Source of the DNA: Hemiscyllium ocellatum | Lineage: Eukaryota | NCBI RefSeq assembly: GCF_020745735.1 | Contig: NC_083449.1 | Location: 6,484,923-6,548,922, forward strand | Reading direction: 5' to 3' | DNA: 64,000 bases | Shown here: positions 25,858 to 39,961 of the stretch, piece by piece | Layout of the letters: every line of letters starts with the position of its first letter | Position numbering within the stretch: the first letter of the stretch is position 1 | Position numbers and translations under genes: made by a program | The notes under the pieces: model-generated | Told to the model about the DNA's origin: nothing | Database searches by the model: none | Seen by the model: the letters and a program-made list of their open reading frames with translations, nothing else

Positions 25858-26630
25858 AAGAACAAAAATTGCTGGAAAATCCACAGGTTTGGCAGCATTT
25901 GTGGAGGGAAATCAGACTTAACATTTGAGGTCTAGTGACCCCTCCTCAGAACTGATTGTGTGCATTTTCCTAGCTACCATTGATCTTCTCTATGCTGGAG
26001 AAACTGAGTGTAGATTGGGTGTCCACTGTGCAGAACATCTACATTCTGTCCAAAAAAAATGTCCCTGAACTTTTAGTAGTGTGCCACTTCAACCCACCAC
26101 CCTGTACCCTGGCCAACAGCTCTGTCTCAGGCTTGCTGCAGTGCTCCAGCAAAGTTCAGTGCAAGCTGGAAGAACAGCACCTCATTTTCTGCTTGGGAAC
26201 TCGACAGCCTTCTGGACTCAAGATTGAATTCTACAACTTTAGAGCTAGAGTTCTCCCGTATCATTACCCAAAACCCCTCTCACCATGCAATGTTATCATA
26301 GAGTTTTCTATTGTACACCAAAACTCACTAACACTCTCTCTTAATACCTATTACCATCCTCGTCTGACTGATCCACTAATTTATCTGTTCAACCGCTCTT
26401 CACTCTCTTTGGATTCTATATCCATCCACCATTTACTCCCTTACCCTTCAACACACCCTATCTTCTGCAGTAAATCAAATATTTTCCTGGCTACCATCTC
26501 TTCACAGGAAAGGTAACTAGACTGGAAATTTTAACTCTGATTTCTGTCCACAGACTCTGTCAGACCTGCTGAGCTTTTCTAGCAATTTGTTTCAGTTTCT
26601 GATTTTCAGCATCTGCAGTTCTTTTGGTTT
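25858..26630 (+). mobile_element. Penelope-derived element with inverted ends
   Basis: KLEEQHLIFCLGTRQPSGLKIEF; 25860-25950 is an inverted copy of 26500-26600. Confidence 0.7.
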
Positions 26631-26877
26631 TCATATTCACAGAACAGAAATTATTAGGGAAAATTGATAACCACATTCACATGTTCACAAAAGAAATTCT
26701 GTCAGACAAACATTAGTAAATGCACTCACATTTACATTATAGAGCCTGACCGGGAAGGGTTCTTAACTAAACAAAACATTCATGAAGAAAAAACTGACAG
26801 GGACTGTTTAAAAAGTAAATTCTCATATTCACATTGCAGAACCTGGCAGACTTAGATTGACAATTACCCAAACACAT

Positions 26878-27500
26878 TCAGTATTGAGTACAGTTGTTGG
26901 GAGGTCACCTTGCAGCTGTACAGGACATTGGTTAGGCCACTGTTGGAATATTGCATGCAATTCTGGTCTCCTTCCTATAGGACTGATATTGTGAATCTTG
27001 GAAGGGTTCAGAAACAATTTACAAGGATGTTGCCAGGTTTGGAGGATTGGAGCTATCAGGAAAGGTTGAATAGGCAAGGGCTATTTTCCCTGGAGCATCA
27101 GAGGCTGAGGGGTGACATTATAAAGGTTTATAAAATCATGAGGGGTGTGGAAAGGATAAATAAACAAAGTATTTTCCCTGGGGTGGGGGAGTCCAGAACT
27201 AGAGGACATAGGTTTAGGGTGAGAGGGGAAAGATATAAAAGAAACCTAAGGGGCACATTTTCATGCAGAGTGAGGTACTTGTATGGAATGACCTGCCAGG
27301 AGGAAGTGGTGGAGGCTAGTATAATTGCAGCATTTAAAAGGCATCTAGATGTGTATATGAATAGGAAGCATTTGGAGGGATATGGGCCGGGTGCTGTCAG
27401 GTGGGACTAGATTGGGTTGGGATATCTAGTTGGCATGGAAAAGATGACTGAAGGGTCTGTTTCCGTGCTGTACATCTCTATGACAATGACTCTATGACAT
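26878..27500 (+). mobile_element. CR1 LINE 3' fragment
   Basis: ORF 26910-27410 LVRPLLEYCMQFWSP..RTRGHRFRV. Confidence 0.9.
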
Positions 27501-27504
27501 TCAC

Positions 27505-28250
27505 CAAGCAGATTTCCTCAGATGGCTGAGGGAATTCAGCATGTCCATAAAGACTCTTGCAAATATTTATAGATGTACCACAAAAACCATCCTATTTGGA
27601 TGTGTCACAATGTAGTATGGCTTCTGTTCTGCCCAAGACCACAAGAAACTACAGAGAGCTGTGACTCAGCCCAGTCCTTCACTGAAAGCAGCTTTCCATC
27701 CAAAGGCTCAATTTCCACTTCGAGGAGAAAGTGAGGTCTGCAGATGCTGGAGATCAGAGCTGAAAATGTGTTGCTGGAAAAGTGCAGCACGTCAGGCAGC
27801 ATCCAAGGAACAGGAGATTCTTGAAGAAGGGCTTATGCCCGAAATGTCAAATCTCCTTTTTCTTGGATGCTGCCTGACCTGCTGTGCTTTTCCAGCAACA
27901 CATTTTCAGCTCCATTTCCACTTCCCCCTGTCTCGGGAAAGCAACCAACATGAAAGACCCATTCAACCCCAGCTATACGCTCCTCCATCCTGGTCTGTCA
28001 GGGGGAAAATACAGAAGTTTGAATACACTATTGAACAGATTCAAGAACAGCTTCTCCGCTATTGTTAGACTTTTGAATGGACCTCTAAATTTTTATGCTA
28101 ATCTCTGTCTGCACCTTCTCTGCAGCTTTAACAATGTATTCTGGATTCTGTTCTATTACCTTGATGGACTTTGGATGAAATGATCTACCTGTAAGGTGCA
28201 CAAAACAATACTTTTCAATTTATCTCAGGACGTGTAATAATAATGATCAA
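27505..28250 (+). mobile_element. Rex1/Babar-type LINE 3' fragment
   Basis: KDPFNPSYTLLHP..GGKYRSLNTLLNRFKNSF..VRLLN resembles the Rex1/Babar ORF C-terminus. Confidence 0.6.
27722..27913. mobile_element. Penelope-derived fold-back mini-element
   Basis: Inverted arms around a CTTGAAGA..GCCCGAAATGTC hammerhead remnant; TSD ATTTCCACTTC at 27711 and 27914. Confidence 0.8.
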
Positions 28251-29733
28251 ATTAAATGAATAACTACAATCTTATGTTCATATAGCAGAATCTGAAGGGT
28301 GCAGGCTGATAACTACAATCACACAAACTTACAGGAAAAAATGAATAAATACACTCAAAACACTGGAATTACAGAGCCTGACAGGGAAAGATTGATCACT
28401 AAACTCTATTGATCACTAATCAGAAGCTGACAGCAACAGATGAAAATTCAGCTCACACATTCACATAACAGGGATAGATTGACAATTACTTAAACATATT
28501 CGCCAAGTAGAAACTGACAGCTGCAGATTGACAACTATATTTATGTGTTCAGGCAGCAGAGTCTGAAAGGTACAGATTGAGTTACACTCACTTTGACAAA
28601 GAAGATAACTGTACTCCCAAATTCACATTGCTGAAACTGACAGCTACAGTTTGATTAATACACCTATATTCACAGAGCAGAAGCTGATGAGTACTGATCA
28701 ATAACTGTATTCACATATTGACAGGGAAGAAACTGACAGGGACAGGTTGGTATTGACTCTCTCAAATTGTAGTAGTAGAAACAGATTGATGAAGACACTC
28801 TGGTGTCAAATAGCAGAACCTGACAGGTACTGTTTGATAACTGCATTCACACATTGGTGTAGCTAAAGCAGACAAATACAGATCAATATCTACATTCACA
28901 CAGAAGAAACTGATGGGTACAATTTGATGACTGCATTTATCATTCATACAGCAGAAACTGACAGGTAGATACTGGTAATGACACTTGCATTCTCATAGCT
29001 GAAACTGACAGGTTCAGGTTGATAATACACTATCAGATACACAGTAGAAATGTTCAGGACAGATTGGTATGTAAACTCTCACGTTCACAGGGCAGACACT
29101 GACAGGTACATATTGATGACTAAACGCTCATCCCTATCAGTGAATAGGGACTGATTTTATTTATTTAAAATATATTTAACAACCAGTCCTACAAGTTTAT
29201 TCTGTTTGGATATATGAGTTTAGTTATCAATCTATATCTGTCAGTTAATGCTATGTAAATGTGTGAGTGTAGTTATTAATCTGTCCCTGTCAGTCTCTGC
29301 AATGCCAAAATGTAAATATATTTATCAGTGTGACAGGAACAGAATGATAACTAAACTCACTCACACATTTGCACAGCTTTTACTGACAGGGACAGGTTGA
29401 CAGTTGAACTCCCACATTCACCTCGCAGGAACTGACAGGTATGGATTGATAAGGAAACTCTCAGATCCAGATATGCACTTGTATTGGGTAGCCCTGTTGT
29501 GGAGGTGTTGGTTAGTGTCTGGTTCTCAGTGAATTGGTATAGATATTTTTATTACAATCACCAGACAAAGAGCAGCTCAGGCCAAGGATAGAATCAGACC
29601 TGTAGTTCTGTTGGACTTGCCAGTTTGAAAGAAAAACAGTCTTATGATTATTAAATGAATGTTACATTCAAAGAATTGATACTGTCAAACTTAATGTTGA
29701 TTTACAGGGGATGTCTCTTTTGTCTTCCTCCAG

Positions 29734-29809
29734 ACAAATACTTGAAGGACAAAGACATATTCCCTCAGGAGGAAGCCAAGTGTGATCAGTTCCTTCTCAC
29801 AAACAGCAG
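29734..29809 (+). other. Exon-like cassette B (76 nt)
   Basis: TGTCTTCCTCCAG acceptor and CAG|GTATGT donor. Confidence 0.6.
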
Positions 29810-29989
29810 GTATGTTACCGTTGTCAGACTAAAGAATGTCCTTTCCACAGTCACAGAGCAGTTTGAATTTGATGCACATTCAGCTCAGTTTCAAACAGAG
29901 TCAAATACCACCAAGGAATTACAATTTTTTTTTATCTTTCTCCATGCACATCACCCCATTTCCAATAACTGTTATTATTCACTGCCATA

Positions 29990-32919
29990 TAGTCATAGAT
30001 TTATACAGCACAGAAACAGACACTTCAGCTGGACTCATCCATGCCAACCAGATAGTGGGCAGCACGGTGGCACAGCGGTTAGCATTGTGGCCTCACAGCA
30101 CCAGAGACCCGGGTTCAATTCCCACCTCGGGCGACTGACTATGTGGAGTTTGCACATTCTCCCTGTCTCTGCGTGGATTTCTGTTGGGTGCTCCGGTTTC
30201 CTCCCACGGTCCAAAAATGTGCAGGTTAGGTGAATTGGCCATGCTAAATTGCCCGTAGTGTTAGGTGAAGAGGTAAATATAGGAGAATGGGTCTGGGTGG
30301 GTTGTGCTTCAGTGGGTTGTTGGGCCGAAGGGCCTGTTTCCACACTAAGTAATCTGTTTAAAAAAAATTCTGAACTAATCCAGTCTCATTTGTCAGCACA
30401 TGGCCCATATCCCTCTAAAACCTTCTTATTCTTGTATCCATCCAAGTGCCTTTTAAATGGTGTCATTGTACCAGTCTCCACCAATTTCTCTGGCAGCTCA
30501 TTCTATACACACACTACGTCACATTGAAGAAATTGCCCTCCAGATCCCTTTTAAATCTTCCCCTCTAACCCTAAGCCTATGCCCCCTCACTATGGAATCC
30601 CCTACCCCAGGGAATAAATGTTGTCTATTCATCCTATCCATAACTCTCATGATTTCATAAACCTCCAGTAGGTTACCCCTCTGAAAACAGACATAGGCCT
30701 ATTCAACATCTCCCGATACCTCAAATACTCCAACCCTGGCAACATCCTTGTAAATCTTTTCTGAACCCCTTCAAAATTTCACAATATCTTTCCGATAGGT
30801 TGGAGACTAGAATTGCATGCAATATTCCAACAGTGGCCTAACCAATATCCTGTACAACCGCAACATGATCTCCCAACTCCTGTAATCAATTCACTGATCA
30901 ATAAAGGAAAGCATACCAAACGCTGCCTTCACTATCCTATCAACCTGCAACTCCACTTTCAAGGAGCTATGAATCTGCACTCCAAGGTCTCTTTGTTCAG
31001 CAACACTCCCTAGGATCTTATCATTAAGTGTATAAGTCTTGCTAGGATTTGCTTTCCCAAAATGCAGCACCTCACATTTATCTAAATTAAACTCCATCTG
31101 CGACTTCTCAGCCATTGGCCCACTTTTCAAAATCCTGTTGTAATCTGAGGTAATCTTCTTCTCTGTCATCTGCATACTTACTAACCACACCTCTTGTCAG
31201 GTGGGTCAGTGGGCTGAGGAGTGGCAGTTGTCGTTTAGTTTACAGAAGTTTTTATAAGGCAAACCAAGGCACGAATTCCACACTTAATGGTAGGGCACTG
31301 GGGAATGTTGCTGAATGAAGAAACCTCAGTGTGCCGGTGAAGATTTCCTTGAATGTACTCCAACAGGTTTATTTGGAAGCACTAGCTGTCAAAGCACTGT
31401 TCCTTCTTCAACCACCTGATGAAGGTGCAGTGCTTCAAAAGCTGGTGTTTCCAAATAAACCTGTTGGACAAAAAACTGGTGTTGTCATTTTTAACTTTGT
31501 TCACCCGAGTCCAACACTGGTACCTCCAAGTCCATGAAAGTAGCTGCAGATAGACAGGGTGGTGAAGAAGGCATTTGTAATGCTTGCCTTCATTGTTCAG
31601 AACACTGACTTTTGGAGTTGGGAGGTCATCTGGTGGCTGTGCATGATATTGTTGAATCCATTTTTAGGAGATGGTGTATTATTCTCATCAACCTGCTACA
31701 GGAAGGATGTTGTTAAACTTGAGGTGGTAGAGTAAAGATTTACAAGCATGTTATAGAGATATAGAGTCATACAGCAAAGAAACAAACCCTTTGGCCCACC
31801 ATGTCCATGATGTTCCACAAACACCAAACTGCATCTGTCCCATTTACCTGCACTTGGCCCCTCGCTGACCAGACCCTGGCTTATTAAAGGCACGTCCAGA
31901 TGCTGCTTGAATGCTGTACGAGTACCCAACCACCCTCTCAGGCAGAACGTTCCAAACTTCACTCACCCTCTGGGTCAAAATATTTTTCTCACATTCCTCT
32001 AAGCTGTTTTCTCCTCAACATCAACTTGTGCCCTCTGGACTTAGACACATCAGTCACGGGGAGAAAGATTTTCTCAATCTACTCTGCCTACAATCCTGAT
32101 AATCTGATATTCTTCAATCAGATCCTCCCTGAGTCTTCTCTGCTTCAAGAAAACAAAACTCAGCTTATTTCGTCTTGCCTCATAATAGTGACTTTCCAAC
32201 CCACTGCACCCTCTCCAGTACAATCACATCCTTCTGATAGGGTGGCACACAGTATTCCATCTGTGGCCAAATCAATGTTCTATAAAGTTGTCGTAAGCAT
32301 ACCTTGCTTTAAATTGTACAGCTCAGGTAATAAAGGCCAGCATTCTGTATATCATCTTCAGCAGCCTGTCCAACTGTGCTATTTCCTTCTGGGGTCTATA
32401 GACTTGTATACCAAGGTCTCTTTGTTCCCTCAGGATTTATCCTTCATTGTGTAATTCTTTCACTTATTAGACCTCCTAAAATACATTATCTCACATTTAC
32501 CAGGAATATCAGAGCCATTGTTCTGCCGGCTGTACTCAGACTGTAGCCTGAGACCATCCCCTTCACTGTCAACAATGCTGCCAATTTTCACGTCGAAGAA
32601 GAAAGATCAGTACAGCACAGGCCCTTTGCCCTCCAAGCCTGCACCAACACATTTTGCACTTCCACACTAAAATCTTATCTACAAACATAGTAATTGTACA
32701 TTCTACATTCACATCCAAGATGTTAATGTACATAATGAGCAGCAAGTGTCCCAGCACTGATCCCTGTGGGACACCGCTGGTCACAGGCTTTCAATCACAA
32801 ACACAACCCATCACCATCACACTTAGCATCCTGTTTGCAAGCTAATTTCAGATCCAGTTTGCTCAAGACTCCAAGAGTCAATCTTAGACCAGTCTTTTAT
32901 ATGGGACTTTGTCAAAGAC
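29990..32919. mobile_element. Cluster of CR1 fragments (- 29990-31200, + 31200-31750, - 31755-32919)
   Basis: QMEFNLDKCEVLHFG and SGVPQGSVLG motifs in ORF track; Penelope mini-element at ~31355-31530. Confidence 0.8.
30057..30355 (+). mobile_element. HE1-type V-SINE inserted in a CR1 tail
   Basis: GGGCAGCACGGTGGCACAGCGGTTAGCA head, V-domain, GGGCCTGTTTCCACACT tail. Confidence 0.9.
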
Positions 32920-33937
32920 TATCGGGGTGGCCTGTACCTGCCAGAATAGAGTGGCCCATATCTGTTAAGACAAAATGGCCAATAAGTGGAAAGTAGAATT
33001 AAACAGCAGGACGTGAGAGACAATGGCAGAAACTAAGCACATCAGCCTGTTCACACACAGTGAGGCATAATGATACCATTGAACAAGCCACTCAGAGGAC
33101 AGTAAAAAGGACCCAGCCTGTTCCCATTCGAAACAGTTCTGACCAGCAGACTTAAGGTCTGATAAACGAGTAACTCCAGCCACATTAAATGAAAGGGAAT
33201 TGTGCCAGTAAATGAACAGGCACCAAATGTTAGATACAGCCCATTAATCCCCTAAACCAACTGAGGGGGCAACAGCTAAAGTTATCTTATACTACTCTGT
33301 TTCCTAACTCTGTGACTTTACACATTTGAACTAACTTTATAAGAGAAATTAAAATTACAACCTTTTAGCAAACAGTGCAAAATTAACTGTTTTTCTGTTT
33401 TTTCTTCATATATAAGGACTTTGGGGCATGTAAGAGGAGCAATAGAATTTGATTAAAATTAAATACAATGAATAACAGCATTCAGGATGTCCCTCAAGAT
33501 AAGCTAGACTGACAGAAACCCGAAGGAGTATAGCAAGTCACTCTGGAATGTGAACAAATAGGATACGTAGAAAGCTCCCAAGGCTGAGCGATGACCGTAT
33601 CTGCTAATCACCTTGAGATCATGTGAACCTGGAGCTGTCCAATGGATGCCCATCATTGATTAGGTGTCTCATAGGATAGAGTTTGCAAAGTAAGAGGGAG
33701 GAACATATTAATCACGTTGTTTGTGATTGTTCACAGAACGTGTACAATAAATACTGCTTTTGTTATTGTAAAAGCAGAGTGTGCCATGGGATCTCTCTTC
33801 TGAAGCCAGTCTCAGGGGAAGATCATTTGGCCCTCTCCCTGCATTAACTGGTTTCTTATTGAATAAACACCTACCTCTTGCCTGAATCCTGCCTGTCTCC
33901 TGAGTCTTTCATCTCTAGTTGTGGTTATGCTCCTACA
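32920..33937 (+). mobile_element. Solo LTR (~1.0 kb) inserted in a CR1
   Basis: CR1 motif (reverse VDVVYMDYSKAFDKVP) is split and resumes at 33938; ends in CA; AATAAA 33862; imperfect 5-bp TSD AAGAC/GAGGC. Confidence 0.7.
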
Positions 33938-33984
33938 GAGGCCTTACTGTAGTCCATGTAAACTACATCAACTATATTTCGTTG

Positions 33985-34440
33985 CCAGGACTAGATGATT
34001 TGAGTTATGGAGAGAGGCCGAATAGGCAGTTGTTTTTTCCCCTTGGACTGTCTGAGGCTGAGGTATGACCTTATTGAGGTTAATAAAATCATGACTGACA
34101 TTGAGAGGGTGAATACGCAAGGTCTTTTTTCTAATGTTGGGGAGATCAAAAATAGAGGGCATAGGTTTAAGGTGAGAGGGAAAAGATTTAAAAAGCACGT
34201 GTGGGGTTACTTTATCATTGCAGAGGGTGGTGCTTGTATGGAATGTGCTACCAGAGGAAGTGGAGGTGGTGGGTACAATTACAACCTTATGTCGGCACCT
34301 GGATCGGTACATGAATAGGAAGAGTTTAGAGGGGGCAGACTAAATGCTGGCAAATGGGACTTGGTCAGATTAGGATCTCTGGTCAGCACTAACAACTTGG
34401 ACCAAAGAACCTGTTTCTGTGCTGTACAACTATATGACAC
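33985..34440 (+). mobile_element. CR1 3' fragment
   Basis: RLRYDLIEVNKIM..RGHRFKVRG. Confidence 0.8.
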
Positions 34441-35914
34441 TTTGAAGGCCAGACCTTGATATCACTACTCCCAGTTAGATTCCGCGCTATCAGAACTGCA
34501 AAAGTCCATTGCTTTTCTCACTTGACTTTTAAGAACAGCACCGACTCGTTTCTGTGGCAATGTTTTACTTGTCTGTGAATCCTACAGATACAAACAATTA
34601 CAGAAAATAAGATCTTTCCCATTCACTTCAGTAAACATGAACTGAGAACTCTCTCCTGTCCCACTCTGCTAACTGGCTGTCCACTTTACAGCAAACATTT
34701 AAACTGCTCAGTAACACAATATAGGAAGACTGAAGAAGGGTCAAGTGAGTATGGGCACCCTCCCTGTGTTATAACTGTTCCTTTCAAAACTCTTTTTTTA
34801 TATATATAAAATCTGTGTATACACACAATGGAGAACAGCCTGAGTAGTCAACATTAAAGTTTAGTTTCTAAGTTCTTCACTAGACAATGTGGCTCTACTC
34901 TATGGCGGCCTATCACATCTGAGCAGAGGTTTGAAGGATTGAATAGCACAGATTGACTGGTAGATAGTAATTCCCAAGCAGTACAAGTGAATGGAAGAGC
35001 AGAGCAAACAGTTGCTGACTGTGCCAGTTGTTGTCCTTATTCACGTAATGAAGGGTGTGAAGGCAACAGATTTCTAGATGCAACAAAGAATGAGATTGTG
35101 CCAATACACAGTGGGTATAGAATAACTTGCAAAGCACATAAATACTGTCACATTAATCGGTCCACAGGCAAAAATAGAAAAATCATGCCTGCAAGGATCA
35201 CATGGTTAGGAGAGCTAGCATTTCATTACTGAAGTTAAACAGGACAGGGTAAGAGTGAAATATGTCAGTCCCAGTGTACAAGTGAACTTCTAATCAAATT
35301 TAAATGTATGGTATCACATTGGTTAAAAAGTAAACTCCACATGTTTATTCAGAAATACTGAACCCCCAATTGCATGGTCACAATGCATTCCAGTTAAGTA
35401 GGGAAAGAAGTAAATAAACATTCAGATTAAGTATTCATCCAATTATCTCATCATGGTTTAAACTTGCTGTCTGACTCTATGACTGTATGTAATTCATGAA
35501 TCAATTCTGCTGTCCAGACTGGAGGAATTAGATAGTAGGCCAAGTGTCAGATTGAAACAAACATCGCAATTTAGTTTGTTTCCACAAAGTGAAAACAGAA
35601 CACATCTCTTACAAAATGACTGAATAACTACTTTGTTTTCAAGTGGTCCAAAGGGAAATGAAATATTGACCTGAAAAGATACACATTCAGATAGATACCC
35701 AGAGTTTATTGGACACAATGAAAAAGCTCTCATAAAGTGTTCTTGTTATAAACATGTGAACAATAAATTCAAAATTTACATTCAGAATATAACTTCCAAT
35801 CATAAACCGTACCACAGAATAAAAGTTGTGGAAATTGTCCAAACTGCACTACACTGTCAGAGACTGACAATGGTATTAAAAAGTCTCACTTTCATGTGCA
35901 GTACATATAATTTC

Positions 35915-36375
35915 TCCAGTACAGGTAGAGGTCATTTGGCCCATCCCTCTACAACAACTCTCCAAAGCGAATCCCACCTACATGTCGGCCCCACCCTATC
36001 CCCATGACTCCACGTTTACCATAGTTAATCCACTGACACTGCACATCCTTGAAGACTACAGGACAATTTACCATGGCTAATCCAGCAAGCCTGCACATGG
36101 TTGGACCATGCAGAAAAACAAGAGCATTCAGAGGATACCCATGGAGACACGGGCAGAATGTGCAACCTGCACACAGATAATGAAGCATGATAGATTCTTG
36201 ATGTCTCGAGGAATTAAGGGCTATGGGGAGAATGCGGGTAAGTGGAGTTGAAATGCCCATCAGCCATGATTGAATGGCGGAGTGGACTCAATGGGCCTAA
36301 TGGCCTTACTTCCACTCCTAGGTCTTATGGTTAGAATTGAATCTGTGTCCCTAGCACCACTGTGCCACCATGCCA
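35915..36375 (-). mobile_element. Old V-SINE with a CR1 tail (~36188-36332, +) inserted
   Basis: Reverse V-domain ACCCATGGAGACACGGGCAGAATGTGCAAC; head remnant CACCACTGTGCCACC. Confidence 0.6.
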
Positions 36376-36469
36376 TCCTGATATTGGCAATTGATGAAAT
36401 GGTATGTTGAGCAACAGAGATTTAAAGTAAGAAGAGCTCCTGCAGTTTCTGCAAGTGTCATGTTAAACA

Positions 36470-37470
36470 GAGACAAATGTATAAGTACACTCACTTATTC
36501 ATAGAGCACAAACTGACAGGTAAAGATATCTTCAGGTACAGATGCACTCATCCATTCATATAGTTGAAGCTGTCACAGATAGACTGATGATTGCACAAAC
36601 ACATTCACATTGCAGAAACAGACAGGTACAGATTGATAATACACTCACATAATCCCAGAGGAAAGTCTGACAGGTATATATTGATAACTACATTTTTACA
36701 TTCAGCTAGAACCTAATGAGGCAGATTGATAACTAACATCACATTGACATAGCAAAAGCTGACAGGTAGAGACCGGTAATGACACTCTCATATTCAAACA
36801 GCAGAATCTGACTGGGGCAGATAGATAATTGGACTGTCATCTTCACATCACAGAAACTGACGGGGAGAGATAGATAACTAGACAGTCATATTCAAATTAC
36901 AGAAACTGATGGACAGATCAATAACTACACCTCCATATTCACAGATCAGAAACTGACAGGTACAAATGGATAGGCAAAGGTGAGGACTGCAGATGCTGGA
37001 GATTAGAGTCAGGAGTGTGGTGCTGGAAAAGCACAGCAGGTCAGGAAGCATCCAAGGAGCAGGAGAATTGACGTTTTGTTTAAAAGCCCTTCATCAGTAC
37101 AGATGGATAACTACACCAATACATTCACATCAAAGAAACTGACAGGAAAAAAATGATAACTAAACTCATGCATTCCTGTCGCTGAAAGCAACAGGTACAT
37201 TTCGATATGGACCCCCACATGTTCACTTCACAGAAGATGGCAGGTTGACATTGATAACTACGTTCACATTTTAACAATGCAGAAACTGACATAGACGATT
37301 GATTAAACTATCCCATTTACAGACTAGAAACTGTCATTTTCACACAGTAGAAACCAACAGGTGTAGGGTGATAACTTCACTCAAGTATGCACATAGCAGA
37401 ATCTTACTGGTAGAGAGTGATACCTGTACGCACATATTCAAATAGCAGAAGATTAGAGCTGCAGATTGAT
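36470..37470 (+). repeat. Degenerate ~49-bp repeat array III
   Basis: CAGAA(A/T)CTGA at 36802, 36851, 36900, 36947 (spacing 49, 49, 47); Penelope mini-element at ~36973-37096. Confidence 0.85.
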
Positions 37471-38573
37471 ACATAAGTTCTTATTGTATGTATAAAATGG
37501 TTGGGTATATTCTCATTGGAGTTTTGAAGAACAATGTACGACCTTCAGAGCAAAAGAAGAGATCTGAATGGAGTTGATAGAGTTGATGCTGGGAGTATGT
37601 CACTGCTCATTGAGAATCCCGAGTAAGGGACACAGTTTTGAACAGGAAGCCCTCTATCGAAGGAAGCAATGCAGAACATTCTCCCCTTGTTCTGTTCCAC
37701 AGAGAGCAGTTAGGGTTGAGTTATCAACTTAATTTATGCTAATGTAGCCATAATGTAGCCATTTTTGATACATAAGGAAGTCTTGACTATGGGCACTAAA
37801 CATCAAAATGAGATGAAGACTATAACTAAAGCCTTTGTGATCTGCTCTCATGACAGAGTACACGCAGGCAAATAGAAATGTGACAGAATTCTCATGCTTC
37901 TTATGGTCTTCTGCTTTGAGATATTTAAAGTGACACAAGATTGAAAGAAATTAATAACTACAGCATATACACTGTATCATTAACTTACTGATATGTGTGT
38001 GCTCACAGATCACACACTGATCAATTCAGTTATAAGTTACCCTGACGTATCAAGGGTGGAGTGAAAAAAAAGATTAACCATCCATTTCATCAGAAACTTT
38101 GAGATGTTGAGATATTTGCTCTCTGTCATGTCAGTGATTGACTGAAACTGAGTAAATACAAGATTAGAAACAATCTACTGGCATTTACAGAATGAAATAC
38201 CGAGTCAGTTGCAAAGCAATACATTGTTAGGATATAACACAACTATTGATTAGCTATAAACTGGCATAAACAATGTAACATCTGCAGTGACATTGAAGAT
38301 ATTGTCATATCAAAATGCTGCAGTTATAAATACAAATTCAACTTCACTTTGCAGAAGCTAATATTCATGGGGTTTGGGAGTGGAGGGTAGTGAATCCCAC
38401 CTGAGTCTGTCCAAAGTGGTACCAGGTTCTTTCAAAATTGACACCGACAGAGTAAAGCAACAAGGTACACTTCAGCAGGTTTGAGTTACAGTCCAGTAAC
38501 ATACTGACGTGTTAAGATTGTGAAATAGAGTTTACAAAAATACATCCCAGAAACAGACGGGCACAGATTGGAG

Positions 38574-38719
38574 TCGAGAGTCTGGTGCTGGAAGAGCACA
38601 GCAGGTCAGGCAGCATCCGAGGAGCAGGAGAATCGTTGTTTTAAGCATCAGCCCTTCATCTCGACGTTTTGGGTATAAACCTCTGACCCCCAGCATCTGC
38701 AGTTCTCATTTTCTCCTGG
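38574..38719. mobile_element. Penelope-derived mini-element
   Basis: GGTGCTGGAAGAGCACAGCAGGTCAGGCAGCATCC arm; 15-bp TSD GGGCACAGATTGGAG at 38559 and 38720. Confidence 0.8.
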
Positions 38720-39142
38720 GGGCACAGATTGGAGGAATATTTCCAAGTGGCTGCCAAATAGTGTAACGTTTTACCGCTCACATCAGTGTTTGATGGTTAC
38801 GGAATAAAACCTGTCTTGAAATAACACTGACGATTAGATGGAGAACCAGAGCCTCACTGGACAGATGTTGAGGTAATGCAGAATGTGTAAATTAGGACAT
38901 GACAGATATAAAGTTAAAGTGACGCATATATATAGCATGCTGACAGTTGCTGGTTAACAGGCATTCGCGTAAGACTGAGAAATGTTATAAATCCCAACAT
39001 GAAACTGCAAGACGCCTAAATGAAAAGTGCAGCAACATGGTTCACTTACACTGCACTTACTTTCAAAGCACACAGTTATCTATACGTCTCTGGGTCCACA
39101 GTTATCAGTCAAGGTCTCAGAAATATATTCATCCCACAGTCA

Positions 39143-39380
39143 AGATTAGATTAGATTACTGACAGTGTAGAAACAGGCCCTTTGGCCCAACAAGTCCACA
39201 CCGACCTGCCGAAGCGCACCCACCCAGACCCATTCCCTTACATTTACCCCTGCACCTAACACTATGGGCAATTTAGCATGGCCAATTCACCTAACCTGCA
39301 CATTTTTGGAGTGTGGGAGGAAACCGGAGCACCCGGAGGAAACCCACGCAGACACGGGGAGAATGTGCAAACTCCACAAG
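39143..39380 (-). mobile_element. HE1-type V-SINE, 5' truncated
   Basis: (AGATT)n tail and reverse V-domain. Confidence 0.9.
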
Positions 39381-39794
39381 AGGTAACTCAACTCGTGACT
39401 CAAGAAAAATATTACATAGAAACTTTTCTTATCATTTCTGTTCAACTCCGTGCAATTGAGAACGAGATGCATCAACCCCAAGTGTAGAAAACATTCACAG
39501 TCAGGTTTCAGTGGTTTGTGTAACTTGACAACAAATGTAATTGCAATTTCGAATGGATGAGAGCTTTTTTTTTCACACAGTGACAAGTTCTGTGTTAATT
39601 CCAGCCTATACAGAGGAACAGGAACAGACATGCGGAGTTAGAAACACATCATCACAACGACAAGCAAAAGGAAACCGAGCCAAAACCACAGTCACTTTCT
39701 GTATCACAGACACAAAACAAATCTCCATCAGTCACACTGACAGGAACACTTTACATTTCGTTGCAGATCCTGACAGATTCAAATGGGATCTCAC

Positions 39795-39910
39795 ATTAAC
39801 CAATTGGAGAGACTCAATGTTTGGGCACAGCTCTGTGTAAGTTGCCCAATCAGGGGCCAGGCTTTCCCGATCCTTCATTAGCATTGATGACGTCGTCAGT
39901 CTATAAAAAG
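39795..39910 (+). promoter_or_regulatory. H2B promoter
   Basis: CCAAT 39800 and 39846, ATTAGCAT 39877-39884, TGACGtCGTCA 39888-39898, TATAAAA 39902-39908. Confidence 0.85.
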
Positions 39911-39961
39911 GGAGCTCCGAGCCCGCTTTCCCTTATTCTGTGTCTGAAAGTGAGCGGTGAT

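Larger units (their letters stand above)
25310..29470 (+). repeat. Degenerate ~49-bp repeat array II (25310-25855, 26630-26875, 28260-29470), split by TEs
   Basis: Roughly 35-40 units, e.g. GCAGAACCTGACAGGTACTGTTTGATAACTGCATTCACAC; units inverted at ~29190-29330. Confidence 0.8.

Noticed and set aside
29131-29150. TCCCTATCAGTGAATAGGGA resembles the tetO operator
   Set aside because: Imperfect match with altered spacing and no vector sequence nearby; chance palindrome.
28260-29470. CRISPR-like repeat/spacer reading of the 49-bp arrays
   Set aside because: Whole units are homologous and degenerate, with no unique spacers or cas genes, in a vertebrate context.
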